Made by a program: the position numbers and the translations under genes
Assembly (NCBI GenBank): GCA_026129095.1
Contig: JAHCIT010000005.1
Location: forward strand, 124,001-188,000
Source: Deltaproteobacteria bacterium
Lineage (GTDB): Bacteria > JAGRBM01 > JAHCIT01
DNA length: 64,000 nt
Reading direction: 5' to 3'
In this document: positions 29,547 to 38,686 of the stretch, in pieces
How positions within the stretch are numbered: the first letter of the stretch is position 1
Layout of the letters: the number at the start of each line of letters is the position of its first letter
The notes under the pieces: model-generated
The model's database searches: none
What the model saw: the letters and a program-made list of their open reading frames with translations, nothing else
Told to the model about the DNA's origin: nothing

Positions 29547-31647
29547 CCCGCACCGTGCCGATCAGGTAGACATGGTCGCCGACAAACACCGACCGGCGGA
29601 CCCGGTTCGGCATGCAGTAAAAGAGGGGGTCCTCGCACTCGCCCGCCTCGGCATCCTGGGCGAGGCTGCCCGCGTGCGAGAGGGTACCGCCATCAACCTC
29701 GACAAGCTCCAGTGTCGTCGAATACTCGTAGTCGTCAGAATCGAAACGGTACCGCTCCATCGGGATGGCCAGCAGCGAATGGGGCGGCCAGTACTGGAAC
29801 GCCTTGTGCTCCCAGGTGGCCTCACTCCATCCGCCGCCCAGGAGCGCGCCGAGGTCCAGCGTGTCCGACTGGACCGGCGCGGCAAAGTCGCTGACATCGA
29901 ACAATGCCACCTGCGTGGACCAGTCGAAGGTTTCCGTATCGACGGCGAAGCCGACCGTGAGCAGCCGGTCCCCCGCCAGCGGATGGATGTAAGTGGAAAC
30001 ACCCGGCACCTCGACATGCCCGGCGACTGACGGCGCAGCCGGATCTGCCAGATCGATCGCCCAGAGCGGATCGATGTTCCGGAACGTCACCAGGAACGCC
30101 TTGTCCTCCAGAAACCGCGCCGCCCAGATGCTTTCACCCCTGGCGATGCCGCCCAGATGCCCGGTCACTTCGAGCGAATCCCCGCCTTCCATCACATAGA
30201 CATGATTGACCGGCTCCACGCGCCGGACTCCCCACCACCAGGGGAAGCCGCCGCTCGTCACGGCAATCCGCACACGGTTCTCCCGCTCCGAGAGCGCAAA
30301 CGGGCCGTACAGGGTCCCCTCCACGCGGCCGCTTCCGGTATAGGCGGTATTAGCCCCGTCCAGATGGAAACGGTGCAGGTTGGTATGGCCGGGCAGTATC
30401 TCCTGATCCCAGAACCACCACGAGGCGAACGCCTCGTCGGCGACCAGCAGCGTGTCCCCGCTGGAATAGACATGACTCGCGCCCGTGGCGACCTGCAGGA
30501 CCGGCGATTCCGCGAGATCGCCCGACAGGTCCAGCGTCCGGATCGTGGTGAAGCTGCGGGACCAGGAGTCCTCCGGGAGCGCGAAGTTCTGGCAGTTCTC
30601 CCCAGAAAGGCTCTCCAGATCGTACCCGCCGTCACCATCGCTCACGGCCGACTGCGGCGCGAAATCGGCCAGGCCCATGCGTGCAATGATCCGGTCGTTC
30701 TTCCCGATCGCCTCGATGACCGCGCTGCGGATAGCCGCCCATCTCTGGAGATCGCTGCCGCCGCCTTCCCAGAACCAGTCCGGAAGCTCCGGCCAGTAGT
30801 TGAGGGCGTCGGCCGCCTTGCCCCCGAAGGTGACCACCCGCACCACTCCATCCGTGAGCCGCGCCGCCCGGTAGTCGCCCTCCGTGTAGATTTCGTGCAG
30901 CACCGCCGGACCCGTCCGGTCGGTAACATCCAGAACGGCGATCTTGATGATGCTGTTCCACCAGTAGCCGGGCCCCGCGATGTCGATGGCCGGTTCCGCG
31001 CCGGGCGACCCAGGCGAACTGCCCCAGTCGCCAAGGCCAATGCCACCGGGCTGGGACCGGAGCGGATGGCCTTCAGGGAGATCCCACGGACTTACCGCCG
31101 AAACCACCACCGCCGTGTTCCCGTCCAGCAGGAGTTCCAGCGGCCAGCCCTCGACTGCCGTACGCGAACGGACGGCAAGGTCCCCCGGCTCCGGGATCTC
31201 CAGGATCACGATGTCCGTGGGGCCAAGGACATAGAGGTAGGTCCCGTCGGTCTTGACGATATCGCCCTCGTCAGCCGCCGCCTCCTGGTTGTTGGTACCC
31301 GAATAGGCCGGTCCGTCACTGCGGCCCGCGCCGCCGAGCGCCATGTCCACTTCCGCTCCGCCCAGTACCGGCACCGGAATGCCACCGCTCATGCTGCCAC
31401 GAAGGGCCTGCTCGGCCTGGAGTAGCATCACACGCATCTCCTGGCTGAGTCCGCGGCGAAGCCGCTCCTCCAGTTCGCTGCACGATGCCGGGACCGTGAG
31501 CGCCGCACTCGTCATCACGCGAGGCTCCAGATCGACCGGCTCCAGGGCAAACCCGCCGCCTGACGAACAGGCGGCCAGCGCGCACATGATTGCAAAAAGA
31601 ACGGGGAGCGGCGCTCCCGCTCCCCGTTTCTTCTGGCCGTGCATCAT
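29485..31647 (-). CDS. Beta-propeller domain-containing lipoprotein (probable start 31647)
   Basis: Lipobox LAAC; YSGTNNQE..ADEGDIVKTDG; LVTFRNIDPLWAIDL; PGVSTYIHP; SEATWEHKAF. Confidence 0.85.
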   Translation of the reverse strand: MMHGQKKRGAGAPLPVLFAIMCALAACSSGGGFALEPVDLEPRVMTSAALTVPASCSELEERLRRGLSQEMRVMLLQAEQALRGSMSGGIPVPVLGGAEVDMALGGAGRSDGPAYSGTNNQEAAADEGDIVKTDGTYLYVLGPTDIVILEIPEPGDLAVRSRTAVEGWPLELLLDGNTAVVVSAVSPWDLPEGHPLRSQPGGIGLGDWGSSPGSPGAEPAIDIAGPGYWWNSIIKIAVLDVTDRTGPAVLHEIYTEGDYRAARLTDGVVRVVTFGGKAADALNYWPELPDWFWEGGGSDLQRWAAIRSAVIEAIGKNDRIIARMGLADFAPQSAVSDGDGGYDLESLSGENCQNFALPEDSWSRSFTTIRTLDLSGDLAESPVLQVATGASHVYSSGDTLLVADEAFASWWFWDQEILPGHTNLHRFHLDGANTAYTGSGRVEGTLYGPFALSERENRVRIAVTSGGFPWWWGVRRVEPVNHVYVMEGGDSLEVTGHLGGIARGESIWAARFLEDKAFLVTFRNIDPLWAIDLADPAAPSVAGHVEVPGVSTYIHPLAGDRLLTVGFAVDTETFDWSTQVALFDVSDFAAPVQSDTLDLGALLGGGWSEATWEHKAFQYWPPHSLLAIPMERYRFDSDDYEYSTTLELVEVDGGTLSHAGSLAQDAEAGECEDPLFYCMPNRVRRSVFVGDHVYLIGTVRVSAFDLDTLEETATAELTAP

Positions 31648-31651
31648 CAGT

Positions 31652-32470
31652 TCACTCCGCAACCGCTCCGGAAGCTTCGATTGCCGTGGCCAGCACGCTC
31701 TCGATATCCGAGCAGTCGCCCGTACCATTGGCGATCGTGAGCACATCACCCGACAGTTCCAGGTCCTCGCTGGCGACGCAGGCGGTGAGCGGCAGACCGG
31801 CAAACCAGTCCGTCACTTCCATGGCCAGCCTGAAATCGCCCGTGTGCGGCAGCGACACCGGCCCCGGCAGGACTACCGGCAGCGGATCGCTGATCCCAAG
31901 GGAGAAGAAAGTCCCGTCACCGGGATCGCCGAAGGAGCCGCTCGCCACGAGGGATTTCCCGTTGAGGGGCGAACCGGCATCGATCAGGCCGTCAGCCGGA
32001 TCGCCCGGCTCCAGTTCAAACAGGACGCTGCCGAAAACGGTGAGCGGCAGCGGGACATCGGCCAGTGACGGCGTGATGCGGCCGGAACGCAGGTTGACCC
32101 GGAAGGGCCCGTTGATGCTCACCAGGCCGGCATCGCAGGTAACCAGCGGAGCGACCATGATCTCGCTGAACCGTCCGCACGTGACATCGGACGGGAGCTC
32201 CAGCACGATCCGCTTCAGGTAGGCCGCCGAGGCGTCGAACCGGAACGGCGCGCCGTCACTGTCCCGTGCGACCGGCACCCCGCCGTCTGTCTCATCCGAA
32301 ACCAGCCGGAACGTCACGCGGGTATAGAGCCCATAGACGCCGCCGCCATCGATGACCGGATCGAAACCGACCGGCTCTATCCCGTTGCCGGTCCAGGTGC
32401 CATCGCAGGAGAGCGCCACCGCCAGCAGCGGCAGGGCGAGCAGGTGAAACAGGGAGCGGTTCAATCTCAC
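31652..32470 (-). CDS. Hypothetical lipoprotein
   Basis: Signal peptide ending ALSC; overlaps the upstream TIGR02147 gene by 4 bp. Confidence 0.7.
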   Translation of the reverse strand: MRLNRSLFHLLALPLLAVALSCDGTWTGNGIEPVGFDPVIDGGGVYGLYTRVTFRLVSDETDGGVPVARDSDGAPFRFDASAAYLKRIVLELPSDVTCGRFSEIMVAPLVTCDAGLVSINGPFRVNLRSGRITPSLADVPLPLTVFGSVLFELEPGDPADGLIDAGSPLNGKSLVASGSFGDPGDGTFFSLGISDPLPVVLPGPVSLPHTGDFRLAMEVTDWFAGLPLTACVASEDLELSGDVLTIANGTGDCSDIESVLATAIEASGAVAE

Positions 32471-33333
32471 GGCTTTTTTCCTCCTGTCACGGCGAAAAGC
32501 TGCATACCGAGCACATAGACCTCTCGGGGCTCGTCTCCGCGCGGGGCGTCTTCGATCCGGTTCAGCAGGTTCTTGCCGAACTCCTCGATTTCACGGCAGA
32601 TAAGTTCGTACTGTTCCCGCGTCAACGCGATCGTCACCGAAGTCACGTTACGTTCTTCCCGCGGCAGGTTATCCATGCTGCTGGCCGCCAGGGTGAGCAT
32701 CTCCCGGTGGTAGTTACGGGCCGCCAGGAGCTCGACCGGGGATTCGGCCGACAGTTTGGGCGAATCGAGTTCGAGTTTCCCGTCGCCGTTGCGCCTGACG
32801 AGCCCCAGATCCTCCAGGCGCGTGAGCGCCTTCTGTGCTTCGCTCCTGGTGACCGGGGGTTTCAGCCTTTTGGCGATCCACTCGGGGTCTTCACGGAAGT
32901 CAGGCAGCAGGAACATCTCGCGCACGGGGATATTGTGCCAGGCCGAATACACCTCGTACTGGCTGCGCTTCATCTTCGCCGCGCTGGTCACCGGGTGCGG
33001 GGACCGGCGAAGCTGCTGGTAATACCGGTTCCGTTCATCGTCGGTCCCGGCCTGGCTGAACATGACGAGCGCCTCGAAGGCGTCGCGCTCCCGGGCATCC
33101 AGTCCCAGTGCCTTGGAGAAGCGGCCAATCGAGTCGGCCGTGAGGTTCCGCTTGCCGTCGATCACCAGCTTCAGGAAGCTGGAGGTGTTGAACCCGGCCT
33201 TGCGGGCAAACTGGCGGTGCGAGAAGCCCGGCCCGCTCTCCTTGAGGAACTGGATCATGTCCCTCAGGTAGTCCCGGTAGTCATCGTAGGCGGCCGGACT
33301 GGGGCGCTCGGGCGTTGTTCTCTCGTCAGCCAT
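32467..33333 (-). CDS. TIGR02147 family protein (N-terminal HTH, DUF4423-like C-terminus)
   Basis: YDDYRDYLRD...FSHRQFARKAG...LVIDGKRNLT...WHNIPVRE...NYHREML...QLF. Confidence 0.85.
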   Translation of the reverse strand: MADERTTPERPSPAAYDDYRDYLRDMIQFLKESGPGFSHRQFARKAGFNTSSFLKLVIDGKRNLTADSIGRFSKALGLDARERDAFEALVMFSQAGTDDERNRYYQQLRRSPHPVTSAAKMKRSQYEVYSAWHNIPVREMFLLPDFREDPEWIAKRLKPPVTRSEAQKALTRLEDLGLVRRNGDGKLELDSPKLSAESPVELLAARNYHREMLTLAASSMDNLPREERNVTSVTIALTREQYELICREIEEFGKNLLNRIEDAPRGDEPREVYVLGMQLFAVTGGKKP

Positions 33334-33532
33334 GAAAGTCAGCTTAATGATCTACAAAAACTCCAGTAATGTAAAGAGGTTAGTGCCTCTAAATGTTTTC
33401 TTTCCGAGAACACTTTAAGTCACAGATGGTCAGGTTTCCTGCCATTCCCGTTGATGCCGGTGGACCAGTCGCCGGCCGAAGTGCCAGATTGGCCCCGGCC
33501 TGAAACTGCCAACCTGCGGTAACCATTGAGCT

Positions 33533-34843
33533 ATGCCCATCGACATCTCCAGGCTTGATCTTGGCGGAGCCGCCGAAATCCCCGACGAACCGGACTACCT
33601 CGTCATCGGGGCGGGACCGGCCGGTTCCAGCGCCGCCGCCCGGCTCGCGCAAGCCGGGAAAACGGTTTACCTCGCCGATTACGCCCGGTTTCCCCGCGAA
33701 AAAGTGTGTGGCGACGGCCTTTCGCCCAACGCCGTCAGCTCCCTGATGGAGATCGGCATCGGCCCGGAACAGTTCGAGGGGCATTACACCCCCATCACCC
33801 ACGTCCGGCTCGTGGCCCCTTCCGGCCGGGGTTTCGTGGCGGCCTATCCCGAAAACGGTCGGGCAAAAGTCCGCTCCGGTTATGTGGTCCCGCGCCGCGA
33901 ACTGGACGCGCTGATCCTCGCCCATGCAGTCAGGAGCGGAGCCAGGTTCCGCACCGGCGTCCGCCTCCGGAAGGCCGAATGGGAAAACGGCCAGCCGGTG
34001 CTCACCGTGGACGACAACGGAACCATCCGCCGCCTGACCCCCCGGAACCTCATCGCCGCCGATGGCGAGTTCAGCCTCATCCGCCGGGGGCTCGTGCAGA
34101 AATCCCGCGAGGTCCAGTCCCTCGCAATCCGTGCCTACTACGAAGGCTGCACGGCCCCGGCGCACATGGAAATCCACTTCCCGGCGGAACTGAAACCCGG
34201 CTACGGCTGGATATTCCCCGAAACGGACGGACGGCTCAATGTGGGCGTCTATGTCTACCAGCACACGCTGGACAAAGGCCTCGACATCCACGAGGCGTTC
34301 CGGTTCTTCACCGGACAGTACGAGCCGGCACTCCGCTACCTGAAGGGCGGCCGCATCTGCGGCAATCCCCGGGGCTATCCGATCACCTTCTACGAACCTT
34401 CGCGGGAACCCGGCTGCCGGCGGGTGCTGCTCGCCGGAGACGCCGCCGGGGTGGCCGACAACCTGACCGGAGAGGGTATTTTCCAGGCGATCCGCACCGG
34501 CATTGATGCCGCCGGTGCCCTGCTCCACTCGCCGGAGACCGCCGTGGACGCCTATCAGGCGAAGCTCGCCGGGCAGTTTTCGGAAGCCCGGACGCGGGGG
34601 CGGTTCATCGGCTGGGTGCTGGAACACTTCGCGTGGTTCATCAACTTCCTGTTCCGCCGGTGCGAGGCAAACAGCTACGTGAAGGACCGCGTGTTCCGGG
34701 TGGTGAACGCCGATGCCCCGCTCTGGCACTTCTTTACTCCCTCCCTGTGGCTCCACATCTTCGCCGGGGGCAGCGACCGGAAACTGCCGGATACGGGAAC
34801 CGGTGCCGGAAAACCCCGGTCCCTAACCTCCTGTAAACCCTGA
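33533..34843 (+). CDS. Geranylgeranyl reductase family FAD-dependent oxidoreductase
   Basis: GAGPAGS, FPREKVCGDG, AADG, GYGWIFP, GDAAG...TGEGI. Confidence 0.88.
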   Translation: MPIDISRLDLGGAAEIPDEPDYLVIGAGPAGSSAAARLAQAGKTVYLADYARFPREKVCGDGLSPNAVSSLMEIGIGPEQFEGHYTPITHVRLVAPSGRGFVAAYPENGRAKVRSGYVVPRRELDALILAHAVRSGARFRTGVRLRKAEWENGQPVLTVDDNGTIRRLTPRNLIAADGEFSLIRRGLVQKSREVQSLAIRAYYEGCTAPAHMEIHFPAELKPGYGWIFPETDGRLNVGVYVYQHTLDKGLDIHEAFRFFTGQYEPALRYLKGGRICGNPRGYPITFYEPSREPGCRRVLLAGDAAGVADNLTGEGIFQAIRTGIDAAGALLHSPETAVDAYQAKLAGQFSEARTRGRFIGWVLEHFAWFINFLFRRCEANSYVKDRVFRVVNADAPLWHFFTPSLWLHIFAGGSDRKLPDTGTGAGKPRSLTSCKP

Positions 34844-34909
34844 TAAACGGACCCTTTCCCGCGTTGACGCCCCCTTTGCCGCCGCTGCATACTGGTCCCC
34901 AGTAAACCT

Positions 34910-36256
34910 ATGCGAAGCGTTTCCGGCAGGTTCCTTGACGGTATCCGGGCGGCTGTCCTTGCGGGCGTGCTGCTTGGAGCGGCAGCCTGCGTGAACGAGC
35001 AGCGCATACTTTCCGACACTGACGATCCCAACGCCCCGACCCGCGCCCCAACCATCACGACAGTGATAGCCCCGGCGGATCAGGGGCTCGCCCCGGCATC
35101 CTGCGGCAACCCGATCGAGCCATGGGGACCGGCCGGCGGCAACACCGAGATCATCGTCAGCGGCGACAACTTCCTCTCCGGGGCCTCGTTTTTCGTGGGC
35201 GGACAGCCCGCACAGGTGTCCGGAACCGTGCAGACGGGGCAGGCGCGTATCATCACGCCACCGGGACGGCCCGGTGCCGTTGATGTCATCGTGGTAAACC
35301 CCAACGGCACCCTGGGAAGAAAACCCGGCGCGTTCGTCTACTGCGCCGAGCCCGCCAGGGTTTGCCTGAACTTCCTGACGGGTTCCGGTTGCCCGATACC
35401 CGTCGATGACGACGAGGATGGCGTCTTCTGTCCCGTCGATTCGGTCACGGCATTATCCTGCCCCGTGGGGCCTGACGACCTGAATCCGAAGGTGGAAGTG
35501 GGCGGCATTTTCCCGGTGCGCGTGCGCGTCCGGAACCTGCCGGGCGGGGATGACCTCCGCGGCGTGGAGTTCTGCGCCGCCCCACCCTGCGATCTCGACA
35601 ACTCGGATGACATCGATGTGGCGGTGACTGCCTCCGACGGCGCTTCCATCGCCCTGTTTGCCGGCCCGACGCCCACCTCGCGCGACCTGATGGTCGGCGA
35701 AACCGGCGTGTTCCGCTACGATTTTGCCGCGCTCACCCCGGGCTCCATCGGCCTCGGCGTAAGGATTTCCGGATACAACGACCGGCTGAACTCGATCCTG
35801 CTGTTCCCTGCCGGGGGACCGGTGCAGCATCCGGCCACCTTCCGGCTGACGCCGCTCCAGGCGATCGTGTCGGTCAACTCCGAGCGGGTGTCGGCGGGTG
35901 ACCAGATCCGCGTCACCGTCAACATCGGAAACGCCGGCCCCCGGGCGCTTGCCCAGGTGGCGCCGAGTACTCCCACTTGCAACGGCGATGGCGATGCGAC
36001 GCTGCGCTTTTCCAGCGTGCCCACGGAAGCGGAGGCCCTGCCGGTGCTGCCGCCGTTCGGCGTAACCGAATTCATCCTGATCTATGAGGCCCGCTGCGAG
36101 GGCTCGCTCTTGTTCTCCTCCATCGCCAGCGCCCTGGACATCGAACTGGCCGATCCGGTGGTCGAGGGCGTCGAGCGGACGAGCCCCCTCATCACCATCG
36201 AAGGTTCGCTCGAAAGCTGCGATCTGGAACCCGAACGGATCGACTGTCCGCGCTAG
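34910..36256 (+). CDS. Cys-rich lipoprotein with IPT/TIG domain
   Basis: Lipobox AAAC; GPAGGNTEIIVSGDNF...TPPGRPGAVDVIVVNPNG. Confidence 0.75.
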   Translation: MRSVSGRFLDGIRAAVLAGVLLGAAACVNEQRILSDTDDPNAPTRAPTITTVIAPADQGLAPASCGNPIEPWGPAGGNTEIIVSGDNFLSGASFFVGGQPAQVSGTVQTGQARIITPPGRPGAVDVIVVNPNGTLGRKPGAFVYCAEPARVCLNFLTGSGCPIPVDDDEDGVFCPVDSVTALSCPVGPDDLNPKVEVGGIFPVRVRVRNLPGGDDLRGVEFCAAPPCDLDNSDDIDVAVTASDGASIALFAGPTPTSRDLMVGETGVFRYDFAALTPGSIGLGVRISGYNDRLNSILLFPAGGPVQHPATFRLTPLQAIVSVNSERVSAGDQIRVTVNIGNAGPRALAQVAPSTPTCNGDGDATLRFSSVPTEAEALPVLPPFGVTEFILIYEARCEGSLLFSSIASALDIELADPVVEGVERTSPLITIEGSLESCDLEPERIDCPR

Positions 36257-36261
36257 AAAAC

Positions 36262-37050
36262 TCAGATCAGCACGACTGAACCGCCGGGCCGTATCTTCCA
36301 GTGCGAGGCGAACGATGCGCCCTGGGCCGCCAGTTCCCAGAACCCGTGACTCCCCACGAGAATCCCCTCGCCCCTGTCGGGCAGGTCCGAATAGGTCCTG
36401 ACGATCGGGAGTGTCCGTATCCTGCCGCCGCTGGAAACTTTCACCGAGCCCTTCTCGAACGGGAACTCGTTCGGGCCGATCGGCAGGATGACGTTTCCGA
36501 ACCGGTCGATGGCCGCCGGAACGACACGGATGCCGTTGCGGCTCCGCACCGGCTCGGCCAGTTCGACCCGCACCGGCGAGCCAAGCGCCGGACCGGCTGT
36601 TTCGGGCTTATCCCCGGCGGCCAGCCGCGCCGCCACACGGGCGAACACGTCACGACCGTGGAAGGTTGTGGAAACGGCCGCACCCAGTTTTTTCAGATCG
36701 ATCTCCCGGGCCCCGCGGCCGAACCCCTTCAGCAACGAGAACACACCGTTGTCGGGCCCCACCAGCCACCCGTTGCGCCACGGGTGAATGAGTCCCCGCC
36801 GCCCGGAACCGACTCCGGGGTCAACGACCATCACGTGGATCGTCCCCTCCGGAAAGTACGGATAGGCCGACCGGGCGAAAAATGCCGCGTGCCGGATATC
36901 GTGTGCCGGCAGTTCGTGTCCCAGATCCATGATCCTCGCCAGCGGCGCGTGCTGGAGGATCACGCCCTTCATGGCGGCGACATAGCCGTCCTCGGTGCCG
37001 AAGTCGGTGGCGAGCGTAATCACCGGCGGCGGTGGAGTTCGTTTCTTCAC
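36262..37050 (-). CDS. SAM hydroxide adenosyltransferase/halogenase family (DUF62); probable GTG start 37050
   Basis: TDFGTEDGYV, VVDPGVGSGRR, GPDNG, STTFHGRDVFA, IDRFGN. Confidence 0.92.
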   Translation of the reverse strand: MKKRTPPPPVITLATDFGTEDGYVAAMKGVILQHAPLARIMDLGHELPAHDIRHAAFFARSAYPYFPEGTIHVMVVDPGVGSGRRGLIHPWRNGWLVGPDNGVFSLLKGFGRGAREIDLKKLGAAVSTTFHGRDVFARVAARLAAGDKPETAGPALGSPVRVELAEPVRSRNGIRVVPAAIDRFGNVILPIGPNEFPFEKGSVKVSSGGRIRTLPIVRTYSDLPDRGEGILVGSHGFWELAAQGASFASHWKIRPGGSVVLI

Positions 37051-37070
37051 GGGCGTCTCTCCTGTCCGGT

Positions 37071-37751
37071 TCAGAGGAACTTTTCCAGCGGGCAACCTTC
37101 ACACCGAGGCGAGGGCCGGCAGTGCCGGTTCCCTACCGCCACCAGCGCGGCGTGGAACTCATTATAGACGCTGACGGAGGCCGGAATCCGCTCCATCGAG
37201 AACCGCCGCAGGGGTTCATAGGAAATATCCGGTTCCACGAGGTTGTGCCGGGCCAGGATGCGCCGCGTGTAGGCGTCCACCACGAAGGACGGCTGCCCGG
37301 CCGCATAGCAGAGGATCGAGTCGGCCGTCTCCGGACCGACGCCATGGACCTCCAGAAGCTCCGCCCGGAGCGCCTCCATCGGCTGGCCGAACATCGCCTC
37401 CAGCGAGCCGTGCCGGCTGACGACATGCCGCACCAGCGACTTCAGTCTCCGGGTCTTCACGTTGAAATAGCCCGCCGGCTTCAGCAGCCGGGCAAGCTGC
37501 CGGTCCGGCAGGCGGTCGATCGAGTGCAGGTCGAGCACCTTCGCGCCTTTCAGGTTTGCGATCGCTTTCTCGACATTCTTCCAGGCCGTGTTCTGCGTCA
37601 GCACGGCCCCGACGAGCACTTCGAAGGGCGACTCCCCCGGCCACCAGCCAAGCGGACCATAGTGCGCGGCAAGGTGCGTCCGCAGATCGTCCAGCGGAAC
37701 CTTCCGCCGGGTGAGCGGGCCATGTGGATGGGCCTGGCGGGCCTTTGGCAT
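37071..37751 (-). CDS. Endonuclease III-like HhH-GPD DNA glycosylase
   Basis: WWPGESPFEV..GAVLTQNTAW, GVGPETADSIL, FVVDAYTRR. Confidence 0.9.
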   Translation of the reverse strand: MPKARQAHPHGPLTRRKVPLDDLRTHLAAHYGPLGWWPGESPFEVLVGAVLTQNTAWKNVEKAIANLKGAKVLDLHSIDRLPDRQLARLLKPAGYFNVKTRRLKSLVRHVVSRHGSLEAMFGQPMEALRAELLEVHGVGPETADSILCYAAGQPSFVVDAYTRRILARHNLVEPDISYEPLRRFSMERIPASVSVYNEFHAALVAVGNRHCRPSPRCEGCPLEKFL

Positions 37752-37805
37752 GGCGCCAATCATAGCCGGTCCGGGGGAACTTTCCCCCGCGCCCGTCCGT
37801 CGTCT

Positions 37806-38588
37806 ATGGCAGGTGGCGTGACTTCTGACGGAACATCTCCGGTATCCCGTCTGGACCTCGGCCGGGTTGTGACCGTGCTGGTGCGTCCCATGTACGCGGG
37901 AAATATCGGCCAGTGCGCGCGGGCCATGATGAACATGGGGCTCACCCGCCTGCGGCTGACCGACCCGCCCCGCGACTGGAAGGGACCACAGGCAAGGGCC
38001 ATGGCCGTGGGCGCCTGGGATGTACTGAAGAAGGCGGAAGTCTATCCCAACCTGCCGGGAGCGCTCGCCGACGTGAGCTTCGCCGTGGCGCTCACCGCCT
38101 CCTACCGGCGGACGATCGACATCGTGCCGTTCGGTACAACCATCTCACGGCTTGCCGGGGCCTCGCAGACCGGGACGGCGGCGATCGTGTTCGGTCCCGA
38201 ATCCCACGGACTCACCAACGAGGAAGTCGCCCGCTGCCACGTCGCCGCCGAGCTGCCCACGGGAACGGAGTTCCCTTCGATCAACCTGTCGCAGGCGGTG
38301 ATGGTAACAGCCACGTTGCTCCAGCTTGCCGTCCATGAGCCCCGGCCGCCGGCCCGCGAGGCCGAACTGGCCACCGCCGCCGACCTGGAGGGATACCTCA
38401 CCCATCTCCGCCGCGTACTCGACCAGGTGAACTTCCTGCCGTCCGACAACCCCGACAGCGTTTTCATCCGGCTTCGCCGCATCTATGCCCGAGCCGGCCT
38501 CGAAAAGGGCGAGATCAACCTGCTCCGTGGGATTCTCTCGAACGTCGAATACGGCCTGGGAACCCGGAAGCTGAAGAAGAAAGAGTAA
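37806..38588 (+). CDS. TrmJ/LasT-family SPOUT RNA methyltransferase
   Basis: GNIGQCARAMMNMG, VFGPESHGL, SINLSQAV, LLRGIL. Confidence 0.88.
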   Translation: MAGGVTSDGTSPVSRLDLGRVVTVLVRPMYAGNIGQCARAMMNMGLTRLRLTDPPRDWKGPQARAMAVGAWDVLKKAEVYPNLPGALADVSFAVALTASYRRTIDIVPFGTTISRLAGASQTGTAAIVFGPESHGLTNEEVARCHVAAELPTGTEFPSINLSQAVMVTATLLQLAVHEPRPPAREAELATAADLEGYLTHLRRVLDQVNFLPSDNPDSVFIRLRRIYARAGLEKGEINLLRGILSNVEYGLGTRKLKKKE

Positions 38589-38610
38589 GACTTTTTCCAC
38601 ACCCCCGTTT

Positions 38611-38626
38611 TGGCCTCCCCCTTGCT
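38611..38626 (+). promoter_or_regulatory. Sigma-54 promoter (-24/-12) of amtB-glnK
   Basis: TGGCCTCCCCCTTGCT has exact GG-N10-GC spacing, 60 nt upstream of amtB. Confidence 0.75.
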
Positions 38627-38686
38627 CTGGTCCGGTAGCTGCCACCCGATCCCGGGTGGACAAAAACGGATGCGGAGGATGCAACA

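Noticed and set aside
36262-37050. SAM-dependent fluorinase or chlorinase for halometabolite synthesis
   Set aside because: Housekeeping context and intact DPG/RR/FHGRD motifs fit the widespread DUF62 SAM hydrolase; no biosynthetic cluster nearby.
37071-37140. Endonuclease III-like gene as a truncated pseudogene because only three C-terminal Cys are present
   Set aside because: The frame ends cleanly just before the next gene's RBS, and I see no frameshift that would restore a fourth Cys.
37032-37805. Apparent 518-aa TrmJ with a long N-terminal extension
   Set aside because: The extension is antisense to the endonuclease III-like gene; SPOUT similarity starts only after ~37806.
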